From assembly GCA_000993405.1 (NCBI GenBank), contig LBWB01000005.1, positions 3,698 to 67,697 of the forward strand: DNA of 64,000 nucleotides. Reading direction: 5' to 3'. The translations under genes were made by a program, and so were the position numbers. The stretch is from Candidatus Woesebacteria bacterium GW2011_GWB1_39_12 (GTDB lineage: Bacteria > Patescibacteriota > Microgenomatia > UBA8517). A model generated the notes under the pieces. That model ran no database searches, was not told where the DNA came from, and saw only the letters and a list, made by a program, of their open reading frames with translations. This document shows, piece after piece, positions 1-8,909 of this stretch (within the stretch, counting starts at the first letter, position 1; each line of letters opens with the position of its first letter).

Positions 1-709
1 CACCATCCATGTTGATAGCGTCTCGGGCATTACAGGTTCGCATCATGTAAGCCAGTTCACGAAGGGTTACTCCCTCGCTATAGCCAGGTTGCCTTCCATC
101 AACCACAATAAGAATTAAGGTGTTGTTGCCTGTTAGGCCAACGCTTGTCCTGGGATGTAAATGTACACAATCTTGGGGTCTAGAAGGATTACAGGTAATA
201 TAATTTTGAGCTACTTCGCCAACTCTAACAATTCCGTTTGAACCGGATATTGCATCCCACAAAGGGTCCCCCCCTCTTCCCCAAAATCTGACTTCATTAG
301 CCTCCGAAATAAAAAAAGATGGTTCAGGAGAAGGATCCGAGTACTGGTCTCCTTGGGATGCGGCCAGCCCCGCTGGATCAGTAAGACTCCAGTGTAGATC
401 TCCATTAATGGCAACATCAGATCCATAAGTTGACAGAAAGGAAGAAGTGGTTCTGCCGAGCCCTTCTCTAGGCGTAACCATCAGGTCTATATTTGGATTA
501 TTTAAATCGATCTTAACAACGTACCAAGTTAGGGTTCTGGGTGAGCTGGCGGTAAATCTTCTGTAGGTTATCCCGTCAGAAATTTGTTGAAAGTCGACAT
601 TGCAGTTAAAATCAGGACCCGTTGATTGGGCTTTTGAGGTTTTGGGAAGGACAAATAGAGCAAAAACAATTAATAATAATGTAAACAACATTTTTTCGGT
701 TAGTTTCAT
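1..709 (-). CDS. Secreted phosphodiester glycosidase (NAGPA/DUF2233) family protein, runs off the window edge; absent from the ORF track
   Basis: Hand translation from ATG at 709 gives signal peptide MKLTEKMLFTLLLIVFALFVLPKTSKAQ and later HPRTSVGLTGNNTLILIVVDGRQPGYSEGVTLRELAYMMRTCNARDAINMDG, matching the family's HPRT..VDGR..NLDGG motifs; open to position 1. Confidence 0.85.
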   Translation of the reverse strand, partial: MKLTEKMLFTLLLIVFALFVLPKTSKAQSTGPDFNCNVDFQQISDGITYRRFTASSPRTLTWYVVKIDLNNPNIDLMVTPREGLGRTTSSFLSTYGSDVAINGDLHWSLTDPAGLAASQGDQYSDPSPEPSFFISEANEVRFWGRGGDPLWDAISGSNGIVRVGEVAQNYITCNPSRPQDCVHLHPRTSVGLTGNNTLILIVVDGRQPGYSEGVTLRELAYMMRTCNARDAINMDG

Positions 710-710
710 A

Positions 711-1895
711 TTACCTTTCTAGTTCGTCCGGCACCAAAGTTTGTTGTAACAAATCAGATAGTTCAAACGATTCTTGCATATGGGCGAAAAACAGTTCAGC
801 CGGCCTTTGGTTTGAAAGAAAAACATTGGTTAAATAAAGACCCGGACTGATAATTTGATAAGGCGACGTCTGGGCTTCAACCTCGCCTTTCCGATCCTCA
901 GTAGAGGAAAAAGGAATGTAGGGGAAAAGTCTGCCAAGAGCCTGAGTTAATCTGACTCTTGTTCTTGAGGACGGATAACAAAAACGAGGATCTGTACCGG
1001 ATCCACAACCAACAATCTGGTTGTGTCTTTCAACACCCGCTCTTGATTGTTCAAAAAGCCTGTCGGTTATCTGACTATCCCAGGCAAGAAGTTTTTTTAG
1101 AGGACCCGAATAATCTACAATTTTTCTTATGCCCTCTTCTGTATTCGGATCAGGGGGGTCGTATTCGGCTCTTCCGTTAATACCATTTAAGTACCAGCTT
1201 ATATATTCATTTACTTTGGCGGGATTGTCCAGACTATCTGGCATGATCTCAGGAGGTTGTTCCTGACTGTTAACTACAAGCTCGGTATTCCCCATAATGG
1301 GTAGATATGCTTCCTGCAAGTCGATAGCGATATTTTTTTGTCTGTTTATGCTGAAACGACATGTTTCTCTATAGAAACCGTCTGGGCTGGCTCCGAAATT
1401 TATAGTGCAGTCTGCGCTGATTGGATTTCCTTCGAAGGTAAGGGTTGTGGCGGCTCCGGTCTCATAAAGATGCTCAGCAATAATCTCTAGTCTGTCGTAG
1501 ACCAAAAGATCGTTTCCGCAGAAAAGAGCTATATCAGCAACGTTTTGGTTGCAAGGGCTTGCTTGGTAGGGTCTCAGAGAATGAAATTCTGTCGGGCGGA
1601 CCTGGTTGCAGGGTACATAAGGAGGGGGGATTGGACCCCGGGTTGGAGTAGGTGTATTAGTAACAGTAGGTATTGGGGTATTTGTGGGTCCGTCGTCACC
1701 AGCTGCATGGCAAAAACAGTCTCCTGTCCTTTCATCTACTCCGCAGACTTGATTACTTCTGCAACTATCATCAAAACGATGGCAGGGAGGACTATTGCCT
1801 TCACACTCTTGTGCCTTAATGTTCTTCGTTAATATTAAAAAGTTGAGGGCAAAAATAGATGTAACTAAAAGTGTTTTAACAATCCTTATGGGCAT
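711..1895 (-). CDS. Secreted hypothetical protein with a small Cys-rich module and Pro/Thr linker
   Basis: ORF 711..1955; likely start MPIRIVK at 1895, signal peptide ending IKAQ, Cys-rich N-domain, PTNTPIPTVTNTPTPT linker. Confidence 0.7.
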   Translation of the reverse strand: MPIRIVKTLLVTSIFALNFLILTKNIKAQECEGNSPPCHRFDDSCRSNQVCGVDERTGDCFCHAAGDDGPTNTPIPTVTNTPTPTRGPIPPPYVPCNQVRPTEFHSLRPYQASPCNQNVADIALFCGNDLLVYDRLEIIAEHLYETGAATTLTFEGNPISADCTINFGASPDGFYRETCRFSINRQKNIAIDLQEAYLPIMGNTELVVNSQEQPPEIMPDSLDNPAKVNEYISWYLNGINGRAEYDPPDPNTEEGIRKIVDYSGPLKKLLAWDSQITDRLFEQSRAGVERHNQIVGCGSGTDPRFCYPSSRTRVRLTQALGRLFPYIPFSSTEDRKGEVEAQTSPYQIISPGLYLTNVFLSNQRPAELFFAHMQESFELSDLLQQTLVPDELER

Positions 1896-1941
1896 GATCC
1901 AGTTTAGCATAATTGCTTTTGACGTGGATAGAAGAACGAAC

Positions 1942-2223
1942 TTAGGGTGGAACAATACGAAAGTTGGTGACGTCGGCTCCGGTAAAAACTCCGATGAAGC
2001 GTAGAATTAGGTAGCTTAGGGCAACGAGTGCTATGCCACCTATTGCATAAGTCAATGTTTTTTTAGCAGATTCCAGGCTTTTGGGGTCACCTCCAGAAGT
2101 GATAAATTTGAAGCCTCCCAGTAAAAGCATGATAAAAAGAAGTATTCCGGCTAGACCCAAAAGAGCCGCAATCACTCTTTCAAACATCCCCTCGAAGCTT
2201 TGTAAAGTGGCAGGTTCGCCCAT
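1942..2223 (-). CDS. VirB2/TrbC-like (T4SS-type) pilin
   Basis: Two hydrophobic helices around GGFKFITSGGDPKSLESAKKTLTYAIGG. Confidence 0.85.
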   Translation of the reverse strand: MGEPATLQSFEGMFERVIAALLGLAGILLFIMLLLGGFKFITSGGDPKSLESAKKTLTYAIGGIALVALSYLILRFIGVFTGADVTNFRIVPP

Positions 2224-2289
2224 AAGTTTTTATATACTTACAGTTTAGCGAAGAATTTGTATAAGGGCAATAAGGACTGTTCTTTCATT

Positions 2290-2313
2290 AAAAAACCCCG
2301 ACAAGCGGGGTTT
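2290..2313 (-). terminator. Rho-independent terminator after the 2338..2682 pilin
   Basis: Minus strand AAACCCCG-CTTGT-CGGGGTTT followed by T-run. Confidence 0.75.
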
Positions 2314-2337
2314 ACTCCAAATTAGTATTACTTTCTA

Positions 2338-2682
2338 TTATGGTGCCTGAGCATTCGGAATATTAAGAGAAAGTATATTGATTCCGAAGAACAAGTTTAC
2401 AAGATTGATTATTGCCCACGCTGCAAAAACTATAACTAGACCGATTAGAGCTGCTGTAATTTGACCTCGTGCTGCTTCTGTTTGTCCTTTGTCTCCACCG
2501 GAGGTGATGTATCTTATTCCTCCCCAAACTAGCATGAAGAAGAAGATAAGGGCTGCAATAACCAGGACAAGAACAATTAAAGCAGAGATAATATTTGCAA
2601 TCGTAATGTCATTGAGTCCTGCAAATTGCCCTCCAGGAGTAATGTTTATTGCTTGAGCGTAGACCGGTGAAAGTAATGTCAT
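2338..2682 (-). CDS. VirB2/TrbC-like pilin (candidate major pilin)
   Basis: GGIRYITSGGDKGQTEAARGQITAALIG motif; has its own promoter and terminator. Confidence 0.85.
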   Translation of the reverse strand: MTLLSPVYAQAINITPGGQFAGLNDITIANIISALIVLVLVIAALIFFFMLVWGGIRYITSGGDKGQTEAARGQITAALIGLVIVFAAWAIINLVNLFFGINILSLNIPNAQAP

Positions 2683-2694
2683 GTTGATGTTTTT

Positions 2695-2724
2695 ATTATG
2701 TGATTATTCAAAATCCTTTGTCAA
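2695..2724 (-). promoter_or_regulatory. Sigma70-type promoter for the 2338..2682 pilin
   Basis: TTGACA (2724-2719), 18-nt spacer, CATAAT (2700-2695), 12 nt before the ATG. Confidence 0.6.
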
Positions 2725-2767
2725 GTACCAGTTTTGAAATCAAATACTTGTTTAATCAATTTATACT

Positions 2768-3373
2768 TCAGGGATTCCTGCATTCCCAACCAGGATCCCT
2801 GCATGTCAGTGTTCCACACTCACCGCCTACTGAAACCCAGCCTCCTGAAGTACATCTGTAACAACCACCCGCAAAAGTGCGTCTTCCCACACTGTCTGTG
2901 ACTGCATAATATCCAGAACACGAACCGCCACATGGACAAGCGGTGTTACCTCCAGACGGAGCAGATCCGCCATCTCCACCTCCGTCCCCACCCCCACCTT
3001 GTGGACAAATTAGTGTTGACGCAAAGCCTATATCAAACGCCCCGATTCTTACTCGCCTCAGACCTATTCCGAAAAAGCACTCGACCAGGTTAAGAATGGC
3101 GAAAAAGGCAAGAAGTATGATAACTCCGACAAGTGCGCTTGTTATACGGCTCCTTGCTTGCTCCAAGCGCATTTTGTCTCCACCAGAGGTTATCCATTGT
3201 ATTGCACCAACAATTAGTATAAATACGAAAACAATTGCGCCTATTACAAATCCGAGGCCGATTAATGCGGGAATGAGTCTGCCAAGAAATTCAGCACCAC
3301 TGGTAAATCCAAGGTCTATGGCCGGATTTCTGATGTTTTGGGCAAGTAATTGTTGTGAAATTAATGGATTCAT
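2768..3373 (-). CDS. VirB2/TrbC-like pilin with Gly linker and Cys-rich C-terminal extension
   Basis: GAIQWITSGGDKMRLEQARSRITSALVG followed by a Cys-rich tail. Confidence 0.8.
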   Translation of the reverse strand: MNPLISQQLLAQNIRNPAIDLGFTSGAEFLGRLIPALIGLGFVIGAIVFVFILIVGAIQWITSGGDKMRLEQARSRITSALVGVIILLAFFAILNLVECFFGIGLRRVRIGAFDIGFASTLICPQGGGGDGGGDGGSAPSGGNTACPCGGSCSGYYAVTDSVGRRTFAGGCYRCTSGGWVSVGGECGTLTCRDPGWECRNP

Positions 3374-3393
3374 AACACAAATTATCTAAAAAG

Positions 3394-3873
3394 CTATTGA
3401 CAGATACCAGCGAAACAACCTTCGGCTGGAGAATTACAACAGACATCTCCTACGCCACAACTTCCACCGCTTATTATGCATCCAGGGGGACCAATAGGAC
3501 TTCCACCGGCTCCAAGTCTTATTCTTTGAATCATTTCCCCGATGTCTAAAATATTATTTATTCCCAATAAAGTCGTAATCAGATCCATTATAAACATGGC
3601 TGCTATGACGACGACTAACCCGATGACGCCTGTTGTAATCTTTCTTCTTGCATCCTCAAAAGCCCCCTTGTCTCCGCCGGAACCAATTATGCCTATTGCT
3701 CCTGTTATGAGTATGAACATGAAGTAGATTGCTGCGATTACGGTCATTAGACCAATCGTTGTTGATAGCACGTCGGCTAAAAGCCGGACGGCGTTACTCC
3801 CGATGCCGATATTTCCTATTCCCGTTAAGGGGCCTCCGACAGGGTTTGATCTTTGAGCTAAAAGATTTCTCAT
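3394..3873 (-). CDS. VirB2/TrbC-like pilin with small Cys-knot-like C-terminal tail
   Basis: GAIGIIGSGGDKGAFEDARRKITTGVIG; tail CIISGGSCGVGDVCCNSPAEGCFAGIC. Confidence 0.8.
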   Translation of the reverse strand: MRNLLAQRSNPVGGPLTGIGNIGIGSNAVRLLADVLSTTIGLMTVIAAIYFMFILITGAIGIIGSGGDKGAFEDARRKITTGVIGLVVVIAAMFIMDLITTLLGINNILDIGEMIQRIRLGAGGSPIGPPGCIISGGSCGVGDVCCNSPAEGCFAGICQ

Positions 3874-4217
3874 TGTGGTGAAAAGAATTGGAGTTGCAAT
3901 ATTGCGTTCGCATCGCCGAAAAGAATTTGTCCTACAATTCCGGCAATAACAAAAGCACCAGCAGCTATGACCAATCCTATTATGCTTTGAGTAATTTTTG
4001 CGGTCGCATCCGCAATTCTTTTGGGATCTCCGCCTGCGGATAAATATGCGTAGCCCGCCATGATCAAATTAAAAACGGTAAATATTCCTGCTCCGACAAT
4101 GAGAGTTCTTAGAATTATGTTTAAAAGTATTTGCAGCCCTGAAATGCTCCCGCTATTGAAGCGACTGAGAAATTGAGGCGGACTGACAGTACCCCATCTA
4201 TTTTGTGCTATATTCAT
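3870..4217 (-). CDS. VirB2/TrbC-like pilin
   Basis: AGYAYLSAGGDPKRIADATAKITQSIIG. Confidence 0.85.
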   Translation of the reverse strand: MNIAQNRWGTVSPPQFLSRFNSGSISGLQILLNIILRTLIVGAGIFTVFNLIMAGYAYLSAGGDPKRIADATAKITQSIIGLVIAAGAFVIAGIVGQILFGDANAILQLQFFSPQ

Positions 4218-4230
4218 ATTTAGATTTAAT

Positions 4231-4551
4231 CTAACCCAATATAGTTATTCCTAAAGTAGCCTCTATAAATCTGACTATTAAAAATGCCGCTACAACTAGT
4301 ATAAATCCAATTATCCCGGCTGTCATTATCTGCATTGCCTGCTGTTGTTTTTGGGGATTGCCGGCGCCTGTTATCATCTGAAATCCTGCAAAAATAAAAA
4401 GGAAAAGAAGAATTACGCCGGCAACAACTATAGCGTTTGAGGCAATTATTGAGACGAGTTGTCCAAGATCGGTAATTTCGGTAAGAAAACCTCCCCCACC
4501 AAGTCTTCCGAAAAAAACATCTCCTATATTAAAAGCTAAATTTGAGTTCAT
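4231..4551 (-). CDS. VirB2/TrbC-like pilin
   Basis: AGFQMITGAGNPQKQQQAMQIMTAGIIG. Confidence 0.85.
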   Translation of the reverse strand: MNSNLAFNIGDVFFGRLGGGGFLTEITDLGQLVSIIASNAIVVAGVILLFLFIFAGFQMITGAGNPQKQQQAMQIMTAGIIGFILVVAAFLIVRFIEATLGITILG

Positions 4552-4877
4552 GTCGAGCCGAAAATGTTTAAAATAGGATCCAAACTAAAAATCCTGGCTA
4601 TGAGTCTGACCACCCAATAGGCCGTAAACATAATCAAAAAACCGACAACCGCATAAGTAATTTTTTGTTGACCAGATGCAACTGCCTTAGGGTCCCCCTG
4701 AGAGGTAAGTATTTGAAATCCGCCCAAAATTACGTAAATTAAAATTAGAAAACCCGCTATTCCGAAAATATAGGGAATTAGTCGGTAAATTATATGGCCT
4801 ATCGAAAAAGGACTACCACCTCCCGGAGCCAGTTCCGGTAGGGTAACTCTTATTAATTCGCGAAAATCTATTGGCAT
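4548..4877 (-). CDS. VirB2/TrbC-like pilin
   Basis: GGFQILTSQGDPKAVASGQQKITYAVVG. Confidence 0.85.
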   Translation of the reverse strand: MPIDFRELIRVTLPELAPGGGSPFSIGHIIYRLIPYIFGIAGFLILIYVILGGFQILTSQGDPKAVASGQQKITYAVVGFLIMFTAYWVVRLIARIFSLDPILNIFGST

Positions 4878-5902
4878 TATTGATTTCCAAATCCCGGAAT
4901 TTGTAGAATTTGGACTCCGATAAATCTTAACAAATAGGCTCCGAAGAGAAGTAAAACTAATCCCATGATGGCCGCAGTCAGTAGTTCCTTGCCGGCCTGA
5001 ACCCTTTGAGGATTCCCGGCTGAGGTAATAATCAAAAAGCCCGCATAAATCATTAAGACGAATGCAATGCCTCCCGCAAGCCCCATTCCCCAGCGAAGAA
5101 GGAAACTAGTAAAACCCTGGGTGTCTTCAACAGGAATACAACCTACTGCAGTACAGATACCCCCGAGGTTAGAATTTGTCGAACCAGTACAAGCGCCAGA
5201 ATCCACGGGATCACAGAAAATTGCTAGATTAGACCCCCCAATTGATGCTTGTGCGGCTTGACAGATTCTGGGTGTTCCTGGGCCGCTTGCGCGACAGTAC
5301 CCGCAGGCACTATCACAGTCTTCGTGTTCAAGACAAGGTTGTCCACAAGCCACACCACCTGGTGGGTTATTATTGACTACACATTGACATTCTAATGGGC
5401 CTCTTCCTCCACCTCTTACATCTTGTACACAAGGACTCCCACAGCCTCCCCTATAAATAAGTTCAGTACAACTCATCCAGTCAGTTGGACACCCAGCGTT
5501 TGTTGGTGGAATGCAGCAATTGCCTACTGTATCGCTTGTAGTTCTGCAGATTGTTGGAGTACCTCCTTCATCTTCGCATAAGGTGCCTGATCCGTAACTT
5601 CTACAATCTCCTCCACTCGGACACGGTTCTGCTGTAAGGATACAAGGATTGTTGACATCTGCTCTACACTCATCAGCATCCTCATCAACATTTCCGCTGT
5701 GAGTTGCGCAGACAGAGTCGTCGACGCCATACCCAGTTCCACAAGTATCGGTGTTTTCATTGGGCTGGCAACGTTGTGAAACCGGTCCTACCGGTACTGG
5801 AACGCAGTCGAATGTTTGGGCAAAGGCTTTTTGTGGTTTTAAAAAGGCAAAAACAAATAATACTAAACTAAAAGCAATAGCTATAGATAAAATCCTTTTC
5901 AT
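4877..5902 (-). CDS. Pilin-domain protein with signal peptide and large Cys-rich N-terminal domain
   Basis: Likely start MKRILSIA (5902), signal peptide ending AFAQ, more than 20 Cys, C-terminal AGFLIITSAGNPQRVQAGKELLTAAIMG pilin motif. Confidence 0.8.
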   Translation of the reverse strand: MKRILSIAIAFSLVLFVFAFLKPQKAFAQTFDCVPVPVGPVSQRCQPNENTDTCGTGYGVDDSVCATHSGNVDEDADECRADVNNPCILTAEPCPSGGDCRSYGSGTLCEDEGGTPTICRTTSDTVGNCCIPPTNAGCPTDWMSCTELIYRGGCGSPCVQDVRGGGRGPLECQCVVNNNPPGGVACGQPCLEHEDCDSACGYCRASGPGTPRICQAAQASIGGSNLAIFCDPVDSGACTGSTNSNLGGICTAVGCIPVEDTQGFTSFLLRWGMGLAGGIAFVLMIYAGFLIITSAGNPQRVQAGKELLTAAIMGLVLLLFGAYLLRFIGVQILQIPGFGNQ

Positions 5903-5974
5903 TAATTTTAGTCTAGCACAAAAACTATTTGTCAAAAAGTCTATGCCGACTTTGCTGGTATAATTAAAAACAAC

Positions 5975-7723
5975 ATGAGTAGAACAAAGAACAAAGAACA
6001 AAGAACAAAGACAACATTCTTTAATTTGTTTTTATATTTTCTCTTTTTGTTATTTTTTTTACTAATCACTAGTCACTATTCACTATTCACTGTCTCCGCC
6101 GAACCCAACTGTGATTCTCCCGGACCCGGGGACATTGACTTTTGTTTACAAAAGATCGAGCAGGAGATAAATGCATTAAAGCCGGCCCAGGAATACAACA
6201 AAAAAGAACTTTCGGATTTGAGGATACAAATTGCTGGTTTAGAAAAGAGAATTGTCGGACTTTCAAACCAACTCGAGGTGACCCAAAAAGATATAGAAAA
6301 AAGAGAGGAAGACCTGGCCTATGCAGAGGAAATTTTTGTCGAAAAAACAAAAAATCATTATAAGTTTTTAAGAATTTATGATCCTCTTTTGCCCTTCCTA
6401 TCCTCAAGCGATGCTTCTTCCGCTTTCAGAGAAATAGCTTTTCGCCAAAAAGCAGCCAAAGAGGATATTAAAACAATGGAAAAGTATGGAGAGGATCTTC
6501 TGGGCCTAAAAAATGACAAGGCAAATCTGGAGAAAAATAAGACAAACCTTTCAACGCTTCGCTCGCAAGTCAGTCAAAGGGCTCAGTTTCTGGCAGGAGA
6601 AGTTGAAAAGACGGAAAAATATTTAGCAACCTTGTCTGCAAAGCAGGAAGAGCTTTTGGCTCTTAAAGCCGGAGGTTTTCAGACTTCTGTCGGAGATACT
6701 CCTCCTACATTGGAACCCTGTTCGGGTCCTCCCGGATCATCTAATTTCTGCGACCCGGGCGTAAGGCCGGCTTTTGCTGCATTTTCTTTCGGAGCCCCCC
6801 ACAGAACCGGAATGAGTCAGTACGGAGCTTTTGGGCGAGCAAAACAAGGTCAGTCGGCAGAAGCCATTTTATCCGCCTATTATCAAGGGGCCGAACTTAA
6901 TAAAGGATATCCGGTTCCGGCTACAATCGGAGTTTCCGGCTACGGAAGAGTCTCTTTTGAAGACAATTATCTTTTGGGAATTTATGAGGTTCCAGAAAGG
7001 TGGGGAAATGAAGGTGGTTTTGAAGCCTTGAAAGCTCAAGCTGTTGCGGCAAGAAGCTATGCATTGGCAGTAACCAATAATGGAGCCGGTACAATCTGCA
7101 CAACCGAAGCTTGTCAGGTTTACAAACCACAATTGAAAAGCGGCAAATGGGCAGAAGCCGTCCGTGCAACGCGTGGTTGGGTAATGATGAAAGGGGGTGT
7201 GCCCGCAACAACTTATTACGCATCAACTTCGGGCGGTTTTACTATTTCGCAGTGGGGCTGGTCCGGCATAAAAGACGCAAAAGATGGCGATTGGCCGAAT
7301 GCCTCTTATGAGAAAATCTCAGCTTCTCCATGGTTTTACAAAGCCTGGTACAGGAATCGTGCGGGGGCTACATGCGGTAGGAGTAACCCATGGTTAAAAA
7401 GCGAAGAACTGGCAGATATCATAAACGCTTGGCAAGTTTTGTATAAAGGAGGAGGCGACGTTTCGCGTGTTTCTCCTCTTGATACAAGCTGTTGGAACGG
7501 AAACCCGTATTCAATGGGCGAACTTGCGGGGGTTGGAGGATATAATTCGGTTTCAAGTGTTTCGGTTACTTATTCAAACTCAGGTTCAACCCAGAGCTTA
7601 AATTTTTCCACGAACAAGGGATCCGTCAGTATGTCCGGTGAGGAATTTAAAAAGGCGTTTAATTTAAGAGCCCCAGGATATATTGGATTAAAAAGTAGTT
7701 TGTTTAATATAGAGAAGCTCTAA
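5975..7723 (+). CDS. SpoIID/LytB-domain peptidoglycan-processing protein with N-terminal coiled coil
   Basis: EALKAQAVAARSYAL, CQVY and HRTGMSQYGA motifs; signal/TM segment then long coiled coil. Confidence 0.85.
   Translation: MSRTKNKEQRTKTTFFNLFLYFLFLLFFLLITSHYSLFTVSAEPNCDSPGPGDIDFCLQKIEQEINALKPAQEYNKKELSDLRIQIAGLEKRIVGLSNQLEVTQKDIEKREEDLAYAEEIFVEKTKNHYKFLRIYDPLLPFLSSSDASSAFREIAFRQKAAKEDIKTMEKYGEDLLGLKNDKANLEKNKTNLSTLRSQVSQRAQFLAGEVEKTEKYLATLSAKQEELLALKAGGFQTSVGDTPPTLEPCSGPPGSSNFCDPGVRPAFAAFSFGAPHRTGMSQYGAFGRAKQGQSAEAILSAYYQGAELNKGYPVPATIGVSGYGRVSFEDNYLLGIYEVPERWGNEGGFEALKAQAVAARSYALAVTNNGAGTICTTEACQVYKPQLKSGKWAEAVRATRGWVMMKGGVPATTYYASTSGGFTISQWGWSGIKDAKDGDWPNASYEKISASPWFYKAWYRNRAGATCGRSNPWLKSEELADIINAWQVLYKGGGDVSRVSPLDTSCWNGNPYSMGELAGVGGYNSVSSVSVTYSNSGSTQSLNFSTNKGSVSMSGEEFKKAFNLRAPGYIGLKSSLFNIEKL
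5981..6089 (+). repeat. Heptamer tandem repeats inside the 5' end of the SpoIID-like gene
   Basis: (AGAACAA)x4 at 5981-6008; CTAATCA CTAGTCA CTATTCA CTATTCA at 6062-6089. Confidence 0.8.
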
Positions 7724-7730
7724 AGAGCTG

Positions 7731-7888
7731 AAATCCTAAGTACTAAATTCGAAATCCTAAACAATATTTAAAAAAATAACCAATTTATATTCATAAATTG
7801 TCAAATTTTCAAATTCTCAAAACGTTAAGGATTTTGTATTTAAGTAATTTGGATTTGTTTAGAGTTTAGAAATTGGGATTTAGTATTT
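7731..7888. repeat. Intergenic inverted repeat built of heptamer-periodic units
   Basis: Arms 7731-7764 and 7855-7888 match at 26/34 as reverse complements; ~7-nt periodicity. Confidence 0.75.
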
Positions 7889-7918
7889 GTCAACTCAAAT
7901 GTTATAATTTGAGTTGAG

Positions 7919-8581
7919 ATGCCTGATGTATTTGTTTCAAAAGAAAAGACAAAATCTTCTAAGCCGAAGTCGATTATTACTAAACCTAAAGGACCTGAAA
8001 GGCATAATCTTCCCGGCCATACTCATAATCCTTTAGCCGCCTTTTGCTACTACCCGGATTATGTGAAGTTTGTCAGCGAAGATCCCGAGGAAAAGGTGGT
8101 TTTACTTTTACGCCGGCATCCGATAACCAACGTAAAATGGATACTTCCCGCATTTCTGATGGTATTAGCACCTTCTTTTTTCCCCGTAATTTTGCCTTAC
8201 GATCTTTTACCAGCAGGTTTTCGGATTATATTCCCACTTGTTTGGTATCTTATAACCTCGGCTTTCATCCTCGAGGAATTTTTGAGCTGGTTTTTCCACG
8301 TTAATATTGTAACCGATGAAAGAATTGTTGAGGTTGATTTTTTTAACCTCGTTTCAAGAGAAATAACCGACGCTAATATAGATCAGATTCAGGATGTTAC
8401 TCCGCGTGTTGTAGGAGCAGTAAGAACATTTTTTAACTTCGGTGATGTGGTGATACAGACGGCAGCCGCGGTTCCCTTGATTAATTTTGAGGCTGTTCCA
8501 AATCCGGACAAAGTAGCCAGAATATTAAGAGAATCACGTATCGAGGAGGAGCAGGAAAAATTGGAAGGAAGGGTTAGATAA
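7919..8581 (+). CDS. Membrane-anchored bacterial PH-domain protein
   Basis: Two TM helices then IVTDERIV..IQDV..FNFGDVVIQTA; TATAAT at 7903-7908. Confidence 0.75.
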   Translation: MPDVFVSKEKTKSSKPKSIITKPKGPERHNLPGHTHNPLAAFCYYPDYVKFVSEDPEEKVVLLLRRHPITNVKWILPAFLMVLAPSFFPVILPYDLLPAGFRIIFPLVWYLITSAFILEEFLSWFFHVNIVTDERIVEVDFFNLVSREITDANIDQIQDVTPRVVGAVRTFFNFGDVVIQTAAAVPLINFEAVPNPDKVARILRESRIEEEQEKLEGRVR

Positions 8582-8582
8582 T

Positions 8583-8807
8583 ATGCAAGATTTTGGAAGT
8601 ATTGCACCCTCTATCTTTATTCTTATAAAAATTGCTGTTTGGATTTTTCTTTTTACGTATGTTCTATTTTCCGGAGTTGTCATAAAACAAGTTCGTGTTA
8701 TGACGCAGACTTTGGAAGTAGGCTTTGAAAAACCGATAAAACTCATTGCGCTTGTTCACTTTATTGTCTCTCTCACCGTTTTTATTTTAGCCCTTATTAT
8801 TCTTTAA
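8583..8807 (+). CDS. Small two-TM membrane protein (DUF5657-like)
   Basis: YVLFSGVVIKQVRVMTQTL pattern recalled from CPR small membrane proteins. Confidence 0.6.
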   Translation: MQDFGSIAPSIFILIKIAVWIFLFTYVLFSGVVIKQVRVMTQTLEVGFEKPIKLIALVHFIVSLTVFILALIIL

Positions 8808-8824
8808 GATAAAGTGTCTTAGCT

Positions 8825-8909
8825 TATGAACTGGTTTCAAAACCAGTTCATATAACCTAGTGTAAGCTCTCAAAACGAGCCTAGAAGGCGAGTTTTGAAA
8901 CAGGTTCTA
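8825..8909. repeat. Palindromic, MITE-like intergenic element
   Basis: 13-bp perfect arms TATGAACTGGTTT/AAACCAGTTCATA (8825-8852); left end resembles the reverse complement of right end GTTTTGAAACAGGTTCTA (8892-8909). Confidence 0.55.

Noticed and set aside
2943-3389. Pro-rich 148-aa plus-strand ORF (and similar shadows such as 31808..32371, 30899..31405, 55528..55944)
   Set aside because: Antisense shadows of well-supported genes; the Pro run mirrors a Gly linker
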